From the IMG/VR virus record IMGVR_UViG_3300042519_001698: 64,000 nucleotides of DNA. One strand, 5' to 3'. The stretch's first letter is position 1. The number at the start of each line of letters is the position of its first letter. The notes beneath the pieces were generated by a model. The model saw nothing but the letters and a program-made list of their open reading frames with translations, was not told the origin of the DNA and searched no databases. The position numbers and the translations under genes were made by a program. Shown here one piece after another: positions 1-8,849 of the stretch. The DNA comes from a virus.

Positions 1-259
1 ATATTTCGGCGGTGTCAACTGATTGAATTACAGGTACTTCAACTTTAACCTCGTATGGAACCTTAACCTCATATAGTACCTCAACCTCAACAGGAACTTC
101 AATTTCTGTTGTGTCGTGTACCTCAAATGGAATTGAATCTATTTGTGTCACAGTTTTAGTTCTATTGGGCATAAATCCTTTAGGATTTAAAAATTCTAAA
201 GCACATATTAATAATAACAATACTATAACAATATGTCTAATATCTAAAATTTTTTTCAT
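1..259 (-). CDS. Partial (runs off the window edge) membrane-anchored protein with VPVEV-type repeats
   Basis: Not in the ORF track because it has no stop in the window. ATG at 259 reads MKKILDIRHIVIVLLLLICALEFLNPKG...EIEVPVEVEVLYEVKVPYEVKVEVPV, open to base 1, with an N-terminal hydrophobic helix. Confidence 0.75.
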   Translation of the reverse strand, partial: MKKILDIRHIVIVLLLLICALEFLNPKGFMPNRTKTVTQIDSIPFEVHDTTEIEVPVEVEVLYEVKVPYEVKVEVPVIQSVDTAEI

Positions 260-261
260 AT

Positions 262-687
262 TTACTTAAGAAGATATAACGATGTCATTATTATTCCTGC
301 GAATGACCCTACTTTATAAAGAAAAGTTTTTCTTCTTTGTCCTTTTAATTCTTTTAATAAACTTTCAGATTTTTGTCTCTCCAATCCAAATTGTTCATCT
401 TTTTTATTGATGATTACTTCTAAATTAGAAATCTTTTGGTCTTTAAGTGTGTCTTTTTGTTTAAATAAATCAATTTGTTGATCCTTAAAACCAATAACTT
501 TATTTAATTCAACAATCTCTAATTTTACCCCATCATAACGAAGTAAATCTTGGTAGACTAATCTAGCGACTTTTGTTGGTATAGTAACTTTAGTCGTGTC
601 TAATACAATAACTTTAGTTGTATCTGTTTGTGAATAACTGCTCAAGCTCAACATTACCAATAGTAGTAATAGCATTAACTTTTTCAT
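262..687 (-). CDS. Signal-peptide protein with coiled coil and C-terminal hydrophobic anchor (possible lysis/spanin-like)
   Basis: MKKLMLLLLLVMLSLSSYSQ signal peptide, heptad-like middle, C-terminal VGSFAGIIMTSLYLLK. Overlaps 614..949. Confidence 0.7.
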   Translation of the reverse strand: MKKLMLLLLLVMLSLSSYSQTDTTKVIVLDTTKVTIPTKVARLVYQDLLRYDGVKLEIVELNKVIGFKDQQIDLFKQKDTLKDQKISNLEVIINKKDEQFGLERQKSESLLKELKGQRRKTFLYKVGSFAGIIMTSLYLLK

Positions 688-949
688 CTGTGTTGTTTTT
701 AATAATAGTTATGTTTTTCGTTACGTTGTCAATATCTCTATCAACACTAACAATGTGATTGTCAACTTTTTCAATTTGACTGTCTATTTCTTTGTTCGCA
801 GTATAAACCGAATCTATTTCCTTTTGTAAGGATTCAATTTTAGCATTATATCCTGCAACATCGGTTTTTATACCTTGATTTTGAAAAATGGTATAAGCCG
901 CCAAACAAGCAATCAAAACTAATAAGATGTTTGTTTTATCAATCTTCAT
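614..949 (-). CDS. N-terminal TM helix plus coiled-coil protein (i-spanin/Rz-like topology)
   Basis: NILLVLIACLAAYTIF helix followed by heptads (IESLQKEIDSV...IDSQIEKVDNHI). TATTTATA lies 14 nt upstream. Confidence 0.7.
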   Translation of the reverse strand: MKIDKTNILLVLIACLAAYTIFQNQGIKTDVAGYNAKIESLQKEIDSVYTANKEIDSQIEKVDNHIVSVDRDIDNVTKNITIIKNNTDEKVNAITTIGNVELEQLFTNRYN

Positions 950-963
950 ATTATATGTTTTAT

Positions 964-971
964 TATAAATA
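964..971 (-). promoter_or_regulatory. TATTTATA putative late-promoter motif
   Basis: Exact 8-mer 14 nt upstream of the ATG at 949; it recurs before many structural genes. Confidence 0.55.
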
Positions 972-976
972 TGAAG

Positions 977-998
977 AAAGGGGACTTTCGTCCCCTTT
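977..998 (-). terminator. Intrinsic terminator after clpP
   Basis: Perfect 9-bp stem AAAGGGGAC/GTCCCCTTT with a GAAA tetraloop on the minus strand, directly after the clpP stop. T/A tracts on both sides suggest it may be bidirectional. Confidence 0.85.
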
Positions 999-1001
999 TA
1001 C

Positions 1002-1676
1002 TTATTTCTTTTTCTTCACTATCTCATCGATTATTCCGTAAGTTAGTGCCTCGTCGGCCCCCAACCACAAATCTCGAGATGCGTCGTTTTTAACTTGGTC
1101 CGCCGTTTTACCACAATATCCACCCAACAGTTCAAATAGGGTGTCATTTATCTTCTCCCACTCAGCAAACGTGATACGAGCGTCTTGGATGTTACCACCA
1201 GCACCACCCGAAGATTGGTGTAACATGGTACGAGAGAACCTTAATGAACCTCTTTTACCTTTAGTACCCGCACCTAATAGGACAGAACCCATTGACGCAG
1301 CCATACCTGTGTTTATTGTTCGGATATCAGAACTAATGTATTCCATAACATCAACCATGGATAAACCTGACTTAACAGACCCACCAGGACTATCAATGTG
1401 CATAGTAATGTCATTATGGTCAGTACTATCTAAAAACATTAACTGAGCCTGTACAATGGTTGACATTTGGTCATTTACTTCACCCGCTACCCATATGATA
1501 CGTTCCATCATTAAACGTGAAAACACGTCCATAATTGTTACATTCATACTTCTTTCTTCTAAAATGTATGGGGTTAGACTATTTTCAACTCTTTTATTGT
1601 AGTTATGTAAGTTCAATGAACTAACACCGTGGTCTTTTGCGTAAAGACCGAAATCTTTAAATTCGTTTGGGGTCAT
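1002..1676 (-). CDS. clpP: ATP-dependent Clp protease proteolytic subunit
   Basis: IDSPGGSV, GMAASMG (catalytic Ser), TMLHQ (His) and RDLW (Asp). The N-terminal LTPYILEER...MDVFSRLMM resembles Bacteroidota ClpP. Confidence 0.95.
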   Translation of the reverse strand: MTPNEFKDFGLYAKDHGVSSLNLHNYNKRVENSLTPYILEERSMNVTIMDVFSRLMMERIIWVAGEVNDQMSTIVQAQLMFLDSTDHNDITMHIDSPGGSVKSGLSMVDVMEYISSDIRTINTGMAASMGSVLLGAGTKGKRGSLRFSRTMLHQSSGGAGGNIQDARITFAEWEKINDTLFELLGGYCGKTADQVKNDASRDLWLGADEALTYGIIDEIVKKKK

Positions 1677-1697
1677 ATAAGTTTATTTTGTATAACA

Positions 1698-1705
1698 CAA
1701 AAATA
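1698..1705 (-). promoter_or_regulatory. Bacteroidota-type -7 element (TAnnTTTG) upstream of clpP
   Basis: Minus strand reads TATTTTTG, 21 nt before the clpP ATG. Confidence 0.45.
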
Positions 1706-1729
1706 GGCATTTATATTCTAAATAAAAAA

Positions 1730-1758
1730 TTGACTGTGTTATTTATTTTTTTTATATT
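1730..1758 (+). promoter_or_regulatory. Host-type promoter for the heptose cassette
   Basis: TTGACT-N17-TATATT, ending 6 nt before the ATG at 1765, so the mRNA would be near-leaderless. Confidence 0.6.
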
Positions 1759-1764
1759 TTGATT

Positions 1765-2562
1765 ATGAAGATAACAGTAATAGGTGAGTTATGTGAGGAT
1801 ATTTTTGTATATGGGGAAACAAAAAGATTAAGTCCTGAAGCTCCAGTACCCGTTTTTAACCCATTTTATACTGACAAGAACCCAGGTATGGCGGGAAATG
1901 TGGTAGAAAATCTAAAACCATTAGATTTAGACATTGAGGTTGGGTTCATACATCAGAATAAAATTATAACCAAAACTAGATTTGTGGACTACAAATCCAA
2001 TCATATGTTTATAAGGGTGGATGAGGGTGAGAACAATGTTGAACCATTGATATTAACTGAGGAAATCATTGAACAAATTAAAGAATCTGACGCTGTTATT
2101 ATCAGTGATTATAATAAAGGATTTTTGAATGAGGATATTTTATTTGAGATTAGTTATCATTCTCGTTTCATTATAATGGACACTAAAAAGAAAATATCTG
2201 AAAAATTAGTACCAAACTTTAATTTTATAAAATTGAACGAAGACGAATATACTAATTTTGATAGTTATATTAAAATATTACATTCTAACAAATTAATTGT
2301 AACTTTGGGCTCAAAGGGTGCAAAATATATGGACGAATTATTTCCGTCTAACGACCCTAAAGAGACAATTGATGTGAGTGGTGCAGGTGATACGTTTACC
2401 GCGTCTTTCACATTAAAATATTTGGAAACTAAAAATATTAAAGAATCAATTGTTCACGCTAATGAAATGGCGGCAATTGTGGTATCAAAAAGAGGAGTAT
2501 CAACACCATGGAAAAAGCAATTATCACTGGATCAAAGGGATTTATTGGTCAAAATTTATTAA
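1765..2562 (+). CDS. D-glycero-D-manno-heptose-7-phosphate kinase (RfaE/HldE domain I, PfkB family)
   Basis: VIGE..DIFVYG..RLSPEAPVPV, GMAGNV, IISDYNKG and IDVSGAGDTF anion-hole motif. The ATG at 1765 is preferred over the TTG at 1759. Confidence 0.9.
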   Translation: MKITVIGELCEDIFVYGETKRLSPEAPVPVFNPFYTDKNPGMAGNVVENLKPLDLDIEVGFIHQNKIITKTRFVDYKSNHMFIRVDEGENNVEPLILTEEIIEQIKESDAVIISDYNKGFLNEDILFEISYHSRFIIMDTKKKISEKLVPNFNFIKLNEDEYTNFDSYIKILHSNKLIVTLGSKGAKYMDELFPSNDPKETIDVSGAGDTFTASFTLKYLETKNIKESIVHANEMAAIVVSKRGVSTPWKKQLSLDQRDLLVKIY

Positions 2563-3323
2563 ACGAATTAAAAGGTAAATTTGAAATTTTAGAAATAAAC
2601 GAAGACATCTTCGATAAACCAAAATGGTATGACGAGATATTTTTTTTATTAAATAATTTTGAACCTGATGTAATATTCCATGTTGGTGCATGTTCAGACA
2701 CATTAGAAACTGACGTGAATTACATGATGACAAGAAACTACGAATTTACTCGTTGTTTATCTGAATGGACAAACACAATGAATAAGAAGTTAATATATTC
2801 ATCGTCAGCAGCTAATTATGGAACCAATGGTATACACCCATCTAACCTATATGGTTGGAGTAAGTATGTTGCTGAACAATTAGTAATTACAAATGGTGGA
2901 ATTGCATTACGTTATTTTAATGTGTATGGACCTTTAGAAAACAACAAAGGAAAAATGGCTTCAGTTGCGTACCAAATGTTACAAAAGCAAAAAGAAGGAC
3001 AAGAGATTAAATTATTTCCACTTAAACCAAAACGAGATTTTGTTTATATAAAAGATGTTGTAAGTGCAAACATATACGCTGTAGAAAATTACACAGAAAA
3101 TGCGGGTGATTGGTATGAGGTTGGTAATGGTGTCGCAAGAACCTTTGAAGATGTATTAGATAATTTGAATTTAACGTACACATACCACGATGAAAAAGAT
3201 ATCCCTAATGGATATCAATTCCATACTGAAAGTAAACCATATAAATGGATGTTTGGTTGGGAATCACAATGGAATTTAGAAGATGGTTTAAAAGATTACC
3301 TTACGTTTCTAAATCAATTATGA
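2508..3323 (+). CDS. hldD: ADP-L-glycero-D-manno-heptose-6-epimerase-like extended SDR
   Basis: ITGSKGFIG Rossmann motif, YSSSAANYG, YGWSK (YxxxK), LRYFNVYGP..KGKMASV; adjacent to the heptose kinase. Confidence 0.85.
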   Translation: MEKAIITGSKGFIGQNLLNELKGKFEILEINEDIFDKPKWYDEIFFLLNNFEPDVIFHVGACSDTLETDVNYMMTRNYEFTRCLSEWTNTMNKKLIYSSSAANYGTNGIHPSNLYGWSKYVAEQLVITNGGIALRYFNVYGPLENNKGKMASVAYQMLQKQKEGQEIKLFPLKPKRDFVYIKDVVSANIYAVENYTENAGDWYEVGNGVARTFEDVLDNLNLTYTYHDEKDIPNGYQFHTESKPYKWMFGWESQWNLEDGLKDYLTFLNQL

Positions 3324-5660
3324 AATCTTAGTGGTAATGAAATCAATCGATGAAACATTCTCATCTTTCTTAATCATTATTAAATTATCCGACCAGTTAC
3401 GAATTAAAGAGTTATGTGAAATAACGAATATGTGTTCAAAGTAATCTTTAATCTTTTTAAAGAACTCACCTACCATCTCTAAATTTTCATCAGCAATTTT
3501 TCCAAACACTTCATCCATTACCACAATGTTTGGTTTAGGTAATGAAGATATTTTAGTCAACACACTACGAAGTGCCAATGATGAAATTGTTCTTTCATAA
3601 CCTGAACCTGAATTCAATGGTTTTACAATTCTTGTTTCTGTATCAATCATAATAAACTCAACTTCGTTTTTATCATTAACATTTAATTCTAAAATGAAAT
3701 GACAACTATCAACAAGTAATCGATATAGCTCTTGATTTATTAATGGAATCATATTTTTCATTATGATTTTAGAAATACCATTCTTACCATAAATTGTCAA
3801 ATAGATTTTAAATACCGCAAGTAAATCCTCTTCAGATTTAATCTTTGAAATCAAATCATTATTAACACCAATCTTTTCATTCATATTGGTAATGTTATTA
3901 CGATTCTTTTCAATTGATGTATTAGTTACTCTAATGTTAGCCGACGCAGTTTCAATTTGAGTTCTTAATTTTATAACCAGTGCGTCGATTTTTTGATTCT
4001 CTTCTAACTTCTTCTTATTATTTTCATAATTGTCAAGTTTCAGTTGTTTAGAATCAATTTCAAGTTGTTTTTGTTCAACCTCTAATTCGCTTCTTTCTTT
4101 ACGAAGCTTATTTCTTTCGTAAGTTTCAAATTCTGTTTTTAAAATATCAAAGGCTTCAGATTGTCCTTTTAACAAATCAAATTGAATTTGATTTAATTCA
4201 ATCTCCTTGATGATATCTTCAATTTCTTTTCTAATCTTTTCAATTTCATCTGTATGGTCAACCTCATCTAACGCTCTATTACATGTTGGACAAACCGTAC
4301 CTTCTTCAAATTGTTTGATTAGTTTTTCTCTATCAGTTTTCTCGTATTTGTATGCAATATCAACTCCTTGAAGGTTCGCCATTTGACCTCTCAATTCTTT
4401 ATGTTGATCCTCATGATAATATAGGGATGGTTCAACGACATTAATATTGTTTGCATTAGTTTGACTTGTATTCCTTACTTTAATTAAATCGTTAATTTCT
4501 CTCTGAAGTAAAATTGGATTGGTATTAATTAAATCTTTATCAACATTATTGTTTTTAGATTCTAAAGAGTCGTCTCTTTGTTTTTCTAATTTCTTTAATT
4601 CCTTTTCAAACTCACCTAAGTCCTTTGTTAATTCTGTTATTTTATTTTCAGATTCGGTAATACTATTTCCATATTCTAAATTGTTATTTTGTAATTCAAC
4701 AATGTTATATGTGTTTGAAACTAATTTTTTACTCCAATCATTATAAATCTCTTTTGCAATTTCTTCCTTTGCTTTAAGACTTTCTAAACCCATAAATTTG
4801 GTTAGGATTTGTCCTCGTGCAGTTGGTTTAGATTCAATAAGTTCTTCTAAATTATATCCAGTAGTTAAGATTGTAGAAAGAAAATCTTCTTCGGTTCCAA
4901 TTGCAGATGCAATGAACGCTTCAGTCTCTCTTCTTTGTTCACCAGATAGGTTCAGTATTGTTCCATCTTCACTTTTCTTATAGAACTCCAATTTGTTACT
5001 TACCGTGTATTCACCCGATTTACTTAATTTACGTAATGTTAATCTTTCAATAACATAATCATCACCATCTATTGTAATTTCACCACGTACACTTACTTCA
5101 TTCTTATCGGTAAACCTATTAAAGATTTCACCATTCGTTTTAGTTTTAGTTGTGGTATTGAAAAATAAGAACATTAATAAATCAACAGTAGATGTGGACT
5201 TACCACCAAAATTCTTTGGTGTTGATTCTATAACTGTAATGCCGTCAAGATTTGTAAAATCAATAACGTTATTGTCACCAAATGAAAGAAAATTAGAGAA
5301 TTCAACTTTCTTAATGTACCATTTATTGTACCTAACTTTATTTTCGTTTAGTTTGTCAATTTGTACATTAACTTTATCATCAAGTCGATTTATTAACTCC
5401 CATTTGATATCAATATCATTGTCCTTAACAAAATCACGCATCAACTTTTTTTGGTATTGGTGGTCAAGTATGTTGTCTGTAACTTCTAAAGATTCTAAAC
5501 GTGTCTGATTGACATTCGTTAGTGTTTTAGTGATTACCTGAATATTTTTAGAATTGTATTTTTCTTGGAAATATGATTTTACTCTTTTGATTTTTTCAGG
5601 AGTAAAATTCTCGGGTACATCTTCCCAAGTTACTTTAATAAACGGGTTATCGTTTGGCAT
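3318..5660 (-). CDS. sbcC: SbcC/Rad50 (T4 gp46-like) ATPase with ~110 aa N-terminal extension
   Basis: IKKVEFSNFLSFG, Walker A NFGGKST, long coiled coil with CPTC zinc hook, SGSGYER signature, Walker B VVMDEVF, VISH. Confidence 0.92.
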   Translation of the reverse strand: MPNDNPFIKVTWEDVPENFTPEKIKRVKSYFQEKYNSKNIQVITKTLTNVNQTRLESLEVTDNILDHQYQKKLMRDFVKDNDIDIKWELINRLDDKVNVQIDKLNENKVRYNKWYIKKVEFSNFLSFGDNNVIDFTNLDGITVIESTPKNFGGKSTSTVDLLMFLFFNTTTKTKTNGEIFNRFTDKNEVSVRGEITIDGDDYVIERLTLRKLSKSGEYTVSNKLEFYKKSEDGTILNLSGEQRRETEAFIASAIGTEEDFLSTILTTGYNLEELIESKPTARGQILTKFMGLESLKAKEEIAKEIYNDWSKKLVSNTYNIVELQNNNLEYGNSITESENKITELTKDLGEFEKELKKLEKQRDDSLESKNNNVDKDLINTNPILLQREINDLIKVRNTSQTNANNINVVEPSLYYHEDQHKELRGQMANLQGVDIAYKYEKTDREKLIKQFEEGTVCPTCNRALDEVDHTDEIEKIRKEIEDIIKEIELNQIQFDLLKGQSEAFDILKTEFETYERNKLRKERSELEVEQKQLEIDSKQLKLDNYENNKKKLEENQKIDALVIKLRTQIETASANIRVTNTSIEKNRNNITNMNEKIGVNNDLISKIKSEEDLLAVFKIYLTIYGKNGISKIIMKNMIPLINQELYRLLVDSCHFILELNVNDKNEVEFIMIDTETRIVKPLNSGSGYERTISSLALRSVLTKISSLPKPNIVVMDEVFGKIADENLEMVGEFFKKIKDYFEHIFVISHNSLIRNWSDNLIMIKKDENVSSIDFITTKIS

Positions 5661-6208
5661 ATTCTTTCTTTAAGACTTAATTTTTTTGTTTGTTGTAAAA
5701 CATATTCACCGTACAGTAAATCATATGTTTCAACGTGTTCATTTCTAAATGATATCCAATCCTCAACTTCATTACTGTTATTTGGTTGGAAGCTTGTTCT
5801 AATTAGTTTATTAGAATCTCTGACAGTTTCAGGTCTAATAACAATTAGTTGTGTAAAATCTTTATTTGTTCTAACAAATATATTTTTTTTACTGCTTGGA
5901 TTTATAATCTCTTTTCCACGGTATAGATTAACATCTTTCCAATATTTTTCTTTTCTTAATGGGATATTGATTGTTCTGTAATCTAATCCGGTTAAATTTA
6001 GTGAATATGAATCAACATTCCAAAAATTGCCGTTCCATTTCCCATGTTCAACCTCAACCCCTAATAAATTATCATTAATACCTAATAAGTCGATTTTTTT
6101 CTCTACTTCATTTGATTTTAATTCTACATTGAATCTTTTTTTAAAGAATTCAATAACTGCGTTTCGTACTAATGTATCGTCGAAACTTGTGCCTCTTAAT
6201 TTGGCCAT
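5630..6208 (-). CDS. Hypothetical protein, possible PD-(D/E)XK-like nuclease fold
   Basis: KIDLL...GVEVEH resembles a restriction-endonuclease catalytic motif. Coding status is clear; the function is weakly supported. Confidence 0.6.
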   Translation of the reverse strand: MAKLRGTSFDDTLVRNAVIEFFKKRFNVELKSNEVEKKIDLLGINDNLLGVEVEHGKWNGNFWNVDSYSLNLTGLDYRTINIPLRKEKYWKDVNLYRGKEIINPSSKKNIFVRTNKDFTQLIVIRPETVRDSNKLIRTSFQPNNSNEVEDWISFRNEHVETYDLLYGEYVLQQTKKLSLKERICQTITRLLK

Positions 6209-6214
6209 TCATTT

Positions 6215-6523
6215 TTATTTAATTCTGCTCTCCTCGAAAAATTCGACGATTGCATTTATAGCCCATACCGACCCTGCAGTAAACATTCCATCAAAAAATA
6301 GCTGGGCTAACCAATTTGATTGTAAATAATGATTACTTAATCCTCCTAAAACAAGAGACATAAAAAATCCAACCCACGTAGATGTACAAAGTGTACAACC
6401 TATTAATGTTCCAAACCATTTTGAATTTGCAGTAATCCAAACTCTTTGATTTTCAAAAATTTTACCCCACACTAATATGGAGGTCATTCCGTAAGCCGCT
6501 AAAGCCCAAAATAATAATAACAT
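6215..6523 (-). CDS. Small membrane protein (DUF1360-like)
   Basis: Three hydrophobic segments and CTLCTSTWVG (CxxCxxxW) motif. Confidence 0.65.
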   Translation of the reverse strand: MLLLFWALAAYGMTSILVWGKIFENQRVWITANSKWFGTLIGCTLCTSTWVGFFMSLVLGGLSNHYLQSNWLAQLFFDGMFTAGSVWAINAIVEFFEESRIK

Positions 6524-6586
6524 ATTTGATTGATTTATATAAAAAGTAACTAAAATATGTGATAATAAAAAGAATGTTGCCGGAAA

Positions 6587-7198
6587 TTATTCGTCATATA
6601 AACTATTTAAATTACTGTTCTTCATTAACTTACCTTTATTCATGTTAGTTAATGCACCAGTAATTTTGTCTAAATCCGATTTTAATTTTTCGTTCTCATC
6701 TATTAATCTTTTTATTTCAACATCATTAACCACTTCTTTAGTTACTTCTACAATTTTCTCTACCTGAACTTCTCTTATAACCTCTTTAATCACTTCGATA
6801 GGTACTTCCTTTATGATTTCTTTGGTGATTGTTTTGGTTTTAGTTTTACCCTCTTTAAAGACTTCTATTGGTACTTCTCTTATAACCTCAACCGGCACTT
6901 CCTTAATAATTTCCCTTATCACCTCAACGGGAACTTCTTTTATAATCTCTTTGATAATCTGCACTTCATAAGGAACCCTAATTTCTTTTTCGACAATAAC
7001 TTCAACAGGAACTTCTCTTATGACTTCAACTATTTTTTCTTTAACCTTTGTATTTCCGACGGGGGTTTCACCATACTTTAATAGTGTAAACCCCCTTGTG
7101 AATGTATCATTGGCTAATTTGTCAATATCTTTTATTTCGTTTAACTCACAATAAAGAATAAATTCTTTATCCAAGGTTAACGTGTACTTCTTCTCCAT
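6587..7198 (-). CDS. Protein with articulin/alveolin-like (I/V)KEVP(V/I)EV repeats and C-terminal coiled coil
   Basis: Repeated EVPVEVI(R/K)E(I/V) and LIDENEKLKSDL coiled coil. ATG at 7198 preferred. Confidence 0.75.
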   Translation of the reverse strand: MEKKYTLTLDKEFILYCELNEIKDIDKLANDTFTRGFTLLKYGETPVGNTKVKEKIVEVIREVPVEVIVEKEIRVPYEVQIIKEIIKEVPVEVIREIIKEVPVEVIREVPIEVFKEGKTKTKTITKEIIKEVPIEVIKEVIREVQVEKIVEVTKEVVNDVEIKRLIDENEKLKSDLDKITGALTNMNKGKLMKNSNLNSLYDE

Positions 7199-7991
7199 TT
7201 TCAATGTCTTTTATGTCTGATATAGTAAAGTGAAGAAATGGTTGTTCATTTGGTAAATCATGAAATGTATAATCATTACTCTTCACATCATATATACCAT
7301 AACCATGATGTTTTACAGTTTCACCAAAGTTTTGTTGGATTAGAGATCCAACCATTATTGCTTTACCACCATTAGGTAGTGTAAATTGTTGTCTTTTATG
7401 GATGTCACCACATAGAAGTAAATCCAAATCGACAAAGTTTAATTGGTCGTACGCATCTTCAAATTCATATCCTAAATCTGTGGATAAACCCATGATAGGA
7501 CCGTGAAATAAACCGACCGTTAATAACCCTTCTTGTTTTGTGAATTCAGGTCTAACATTATGTTGATATAAAGAATAAACTATCCATTGAATGTTACCTT
7601 CGGTGTCAATATAATCACCACTATCTTTTAAGTATGTGATATGTGGATTGTTTAGTAATTCTACAACAGGACTAATACTATCTAATCTTTGTGTGTTGTT
7701 TTCTAAAAAATCGTGATTGCCAGGTATGATAACAACTTTACCATATTCTGTAAGTTCTCTGATAAACCAACTTGTTAACATCAACTGTTCATTAGAAATG
7801 TTGATTTTCTGATGTGCGATATCACCAGCAATCACAATTCTAATTTCATCCCAATTAACACCTTCTTCTAACCATTCAAATACTTTACCACTTAGTTCTT
7901 TTAGTAGTTTACTAAATTGTTCTTTATACAATTCATGCATTTGAATTGTACGAATATGTAAATCGGCAATGTGTATTATTTTTTTGACCAT
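7167..7991 (-). CDS. sbcD: SbcD/Mre11 (T4 gp47-like) metallophosphoesterase nuclease domain
   Basis: IHIADLHI, IAGDIAH, IPGNHD, LFHG and GDIHKRQ metallophosphoesterase motifs; short, at 274 aa. Confidence 0.9.
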   Translation of the reverse strand: MVKKIIHIADLHIRTIQMHELYKEQFSKLLKELSGKVFEWLEEGVNWDEIRIVIAGDIAHQKINISNEQLMLTSWFIRELTEYGKVVIIPGNHDFLENNTQRLDSISPVVELLNNPHITYLKDSGDYIDTEGNIQWIVYSLYQHNVRPEFTKQEGLLTVGLFHGPIMGLSTDLGYEFEDAYDQLNFVDLDLLLCGDIHKRQQFTLPNGGKAIMVGSLIQQNFGETVKHHGYGIYDVKSNDYTFHDLPNEQPFLHFTISDIKDIENGEEVHVNLG

Positions 7992-8845
7992 CTTGAAATA
8001 TATTTTGATAAATCCATTGTTTGGATTGCGTTGTTAATTTGTGGTGGAACTTTGTACTCAATAAATGTTGAGTCGTCTTTTAAAAGAACAATCACATTAC
8101 CTAACAATTTAGTATCTGAGTATTTTGTTCCTTCCAACATCTTACGTAACAATCTTCCATATAAAGGAAGTTGTAAATAATAATGTCCTAATGCGTTATT
8201 ATGGTAATGGTTAAATGGTGGATATAGTTTATCCGTGTAATGATGTACTTCAAAGTTTTTTGGTTGGTTTGTTTTCCAATCTGTAATAACAAATCCAAAA
8301 TCATCTTTCTCTTTATTCATCATTAACCAAACCTTATCTGGTTGTCCTGTGTATTGTTCGGTTGGGTCGCCTAATACAATTTCAGTATCCAATAGTATTC
8401 CACCTCTTTCTAACATTAAATCAAGGAATTGTTTTCCCGCAATAATCATGTTGTCACTCTTACGTTGTTGTTCTTCATTGATTTCAAATATTGGTTGTCT
8501 AACTTCTTTATAGTTACCAAAACGTGAAATTGTGTCGGACTCTAATTCGAAGTGAACACGACTACCCATGTTTGTGGATAGGTCGCCGGCTTGTTTCCAT
8601 TCCGCAAGCAATTTTGCTTGCCCTTCAGGGTCACCTTTAGACATCTTTAATGCCATACCTTCAGCATCAAAAGACTTGTGAAATTTCTTTACAATTTTTG
8701 AAACGGATGGAAAATTTCTTTTTATTTCACCATCCAAATCTTTCATGTAGTAGATGTGTTCTTCTTCTATGAATGTTAATTCTAATTCTTTTCTTCTTTT
8801 CTCTAATAAATCATTAATCTCTAATGATATGTCTTTTAAATTCAT
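7976..8845 (-). CDS. PD-(D/E)XK exonuclease (Cas4/lambda-exonuclease-like)
   Basis: PSVS, GSRVH, DTEIV, TGQPD, ITDWKT, YYLQLPLY. ATG at 8845 preferred because the upstream gene ends at 8850. Confidence 0.85.
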   Translation of the reverse strand: MNLKDISLEINDLLEKRRKELELTFIEEEHIYYMKDLDGEIKRNFPSVSKIVKKFHKSFDAEGMALKMSKGDPEGQAKLLAEWKQAGDLSTNMGSRVHFELESDTISRFGNYKEVRQPIFEINEEQQRKSDNMIIAGKQFLDLMLERGGILLDTEIVLGDPTEQYTGQPDKVWLMMNKEKDDFGFVITDWKTNQPKNFEVHHYTDKLYPPFNHYHNNALGHYYLQLPLYGRLLRKMLEGTKYSDTKLLGNVIVLLKDDSTFIEYKVPPQINNAIQTMDLSKYISRWSKK

Positions 8846-8849
8846 ATTT

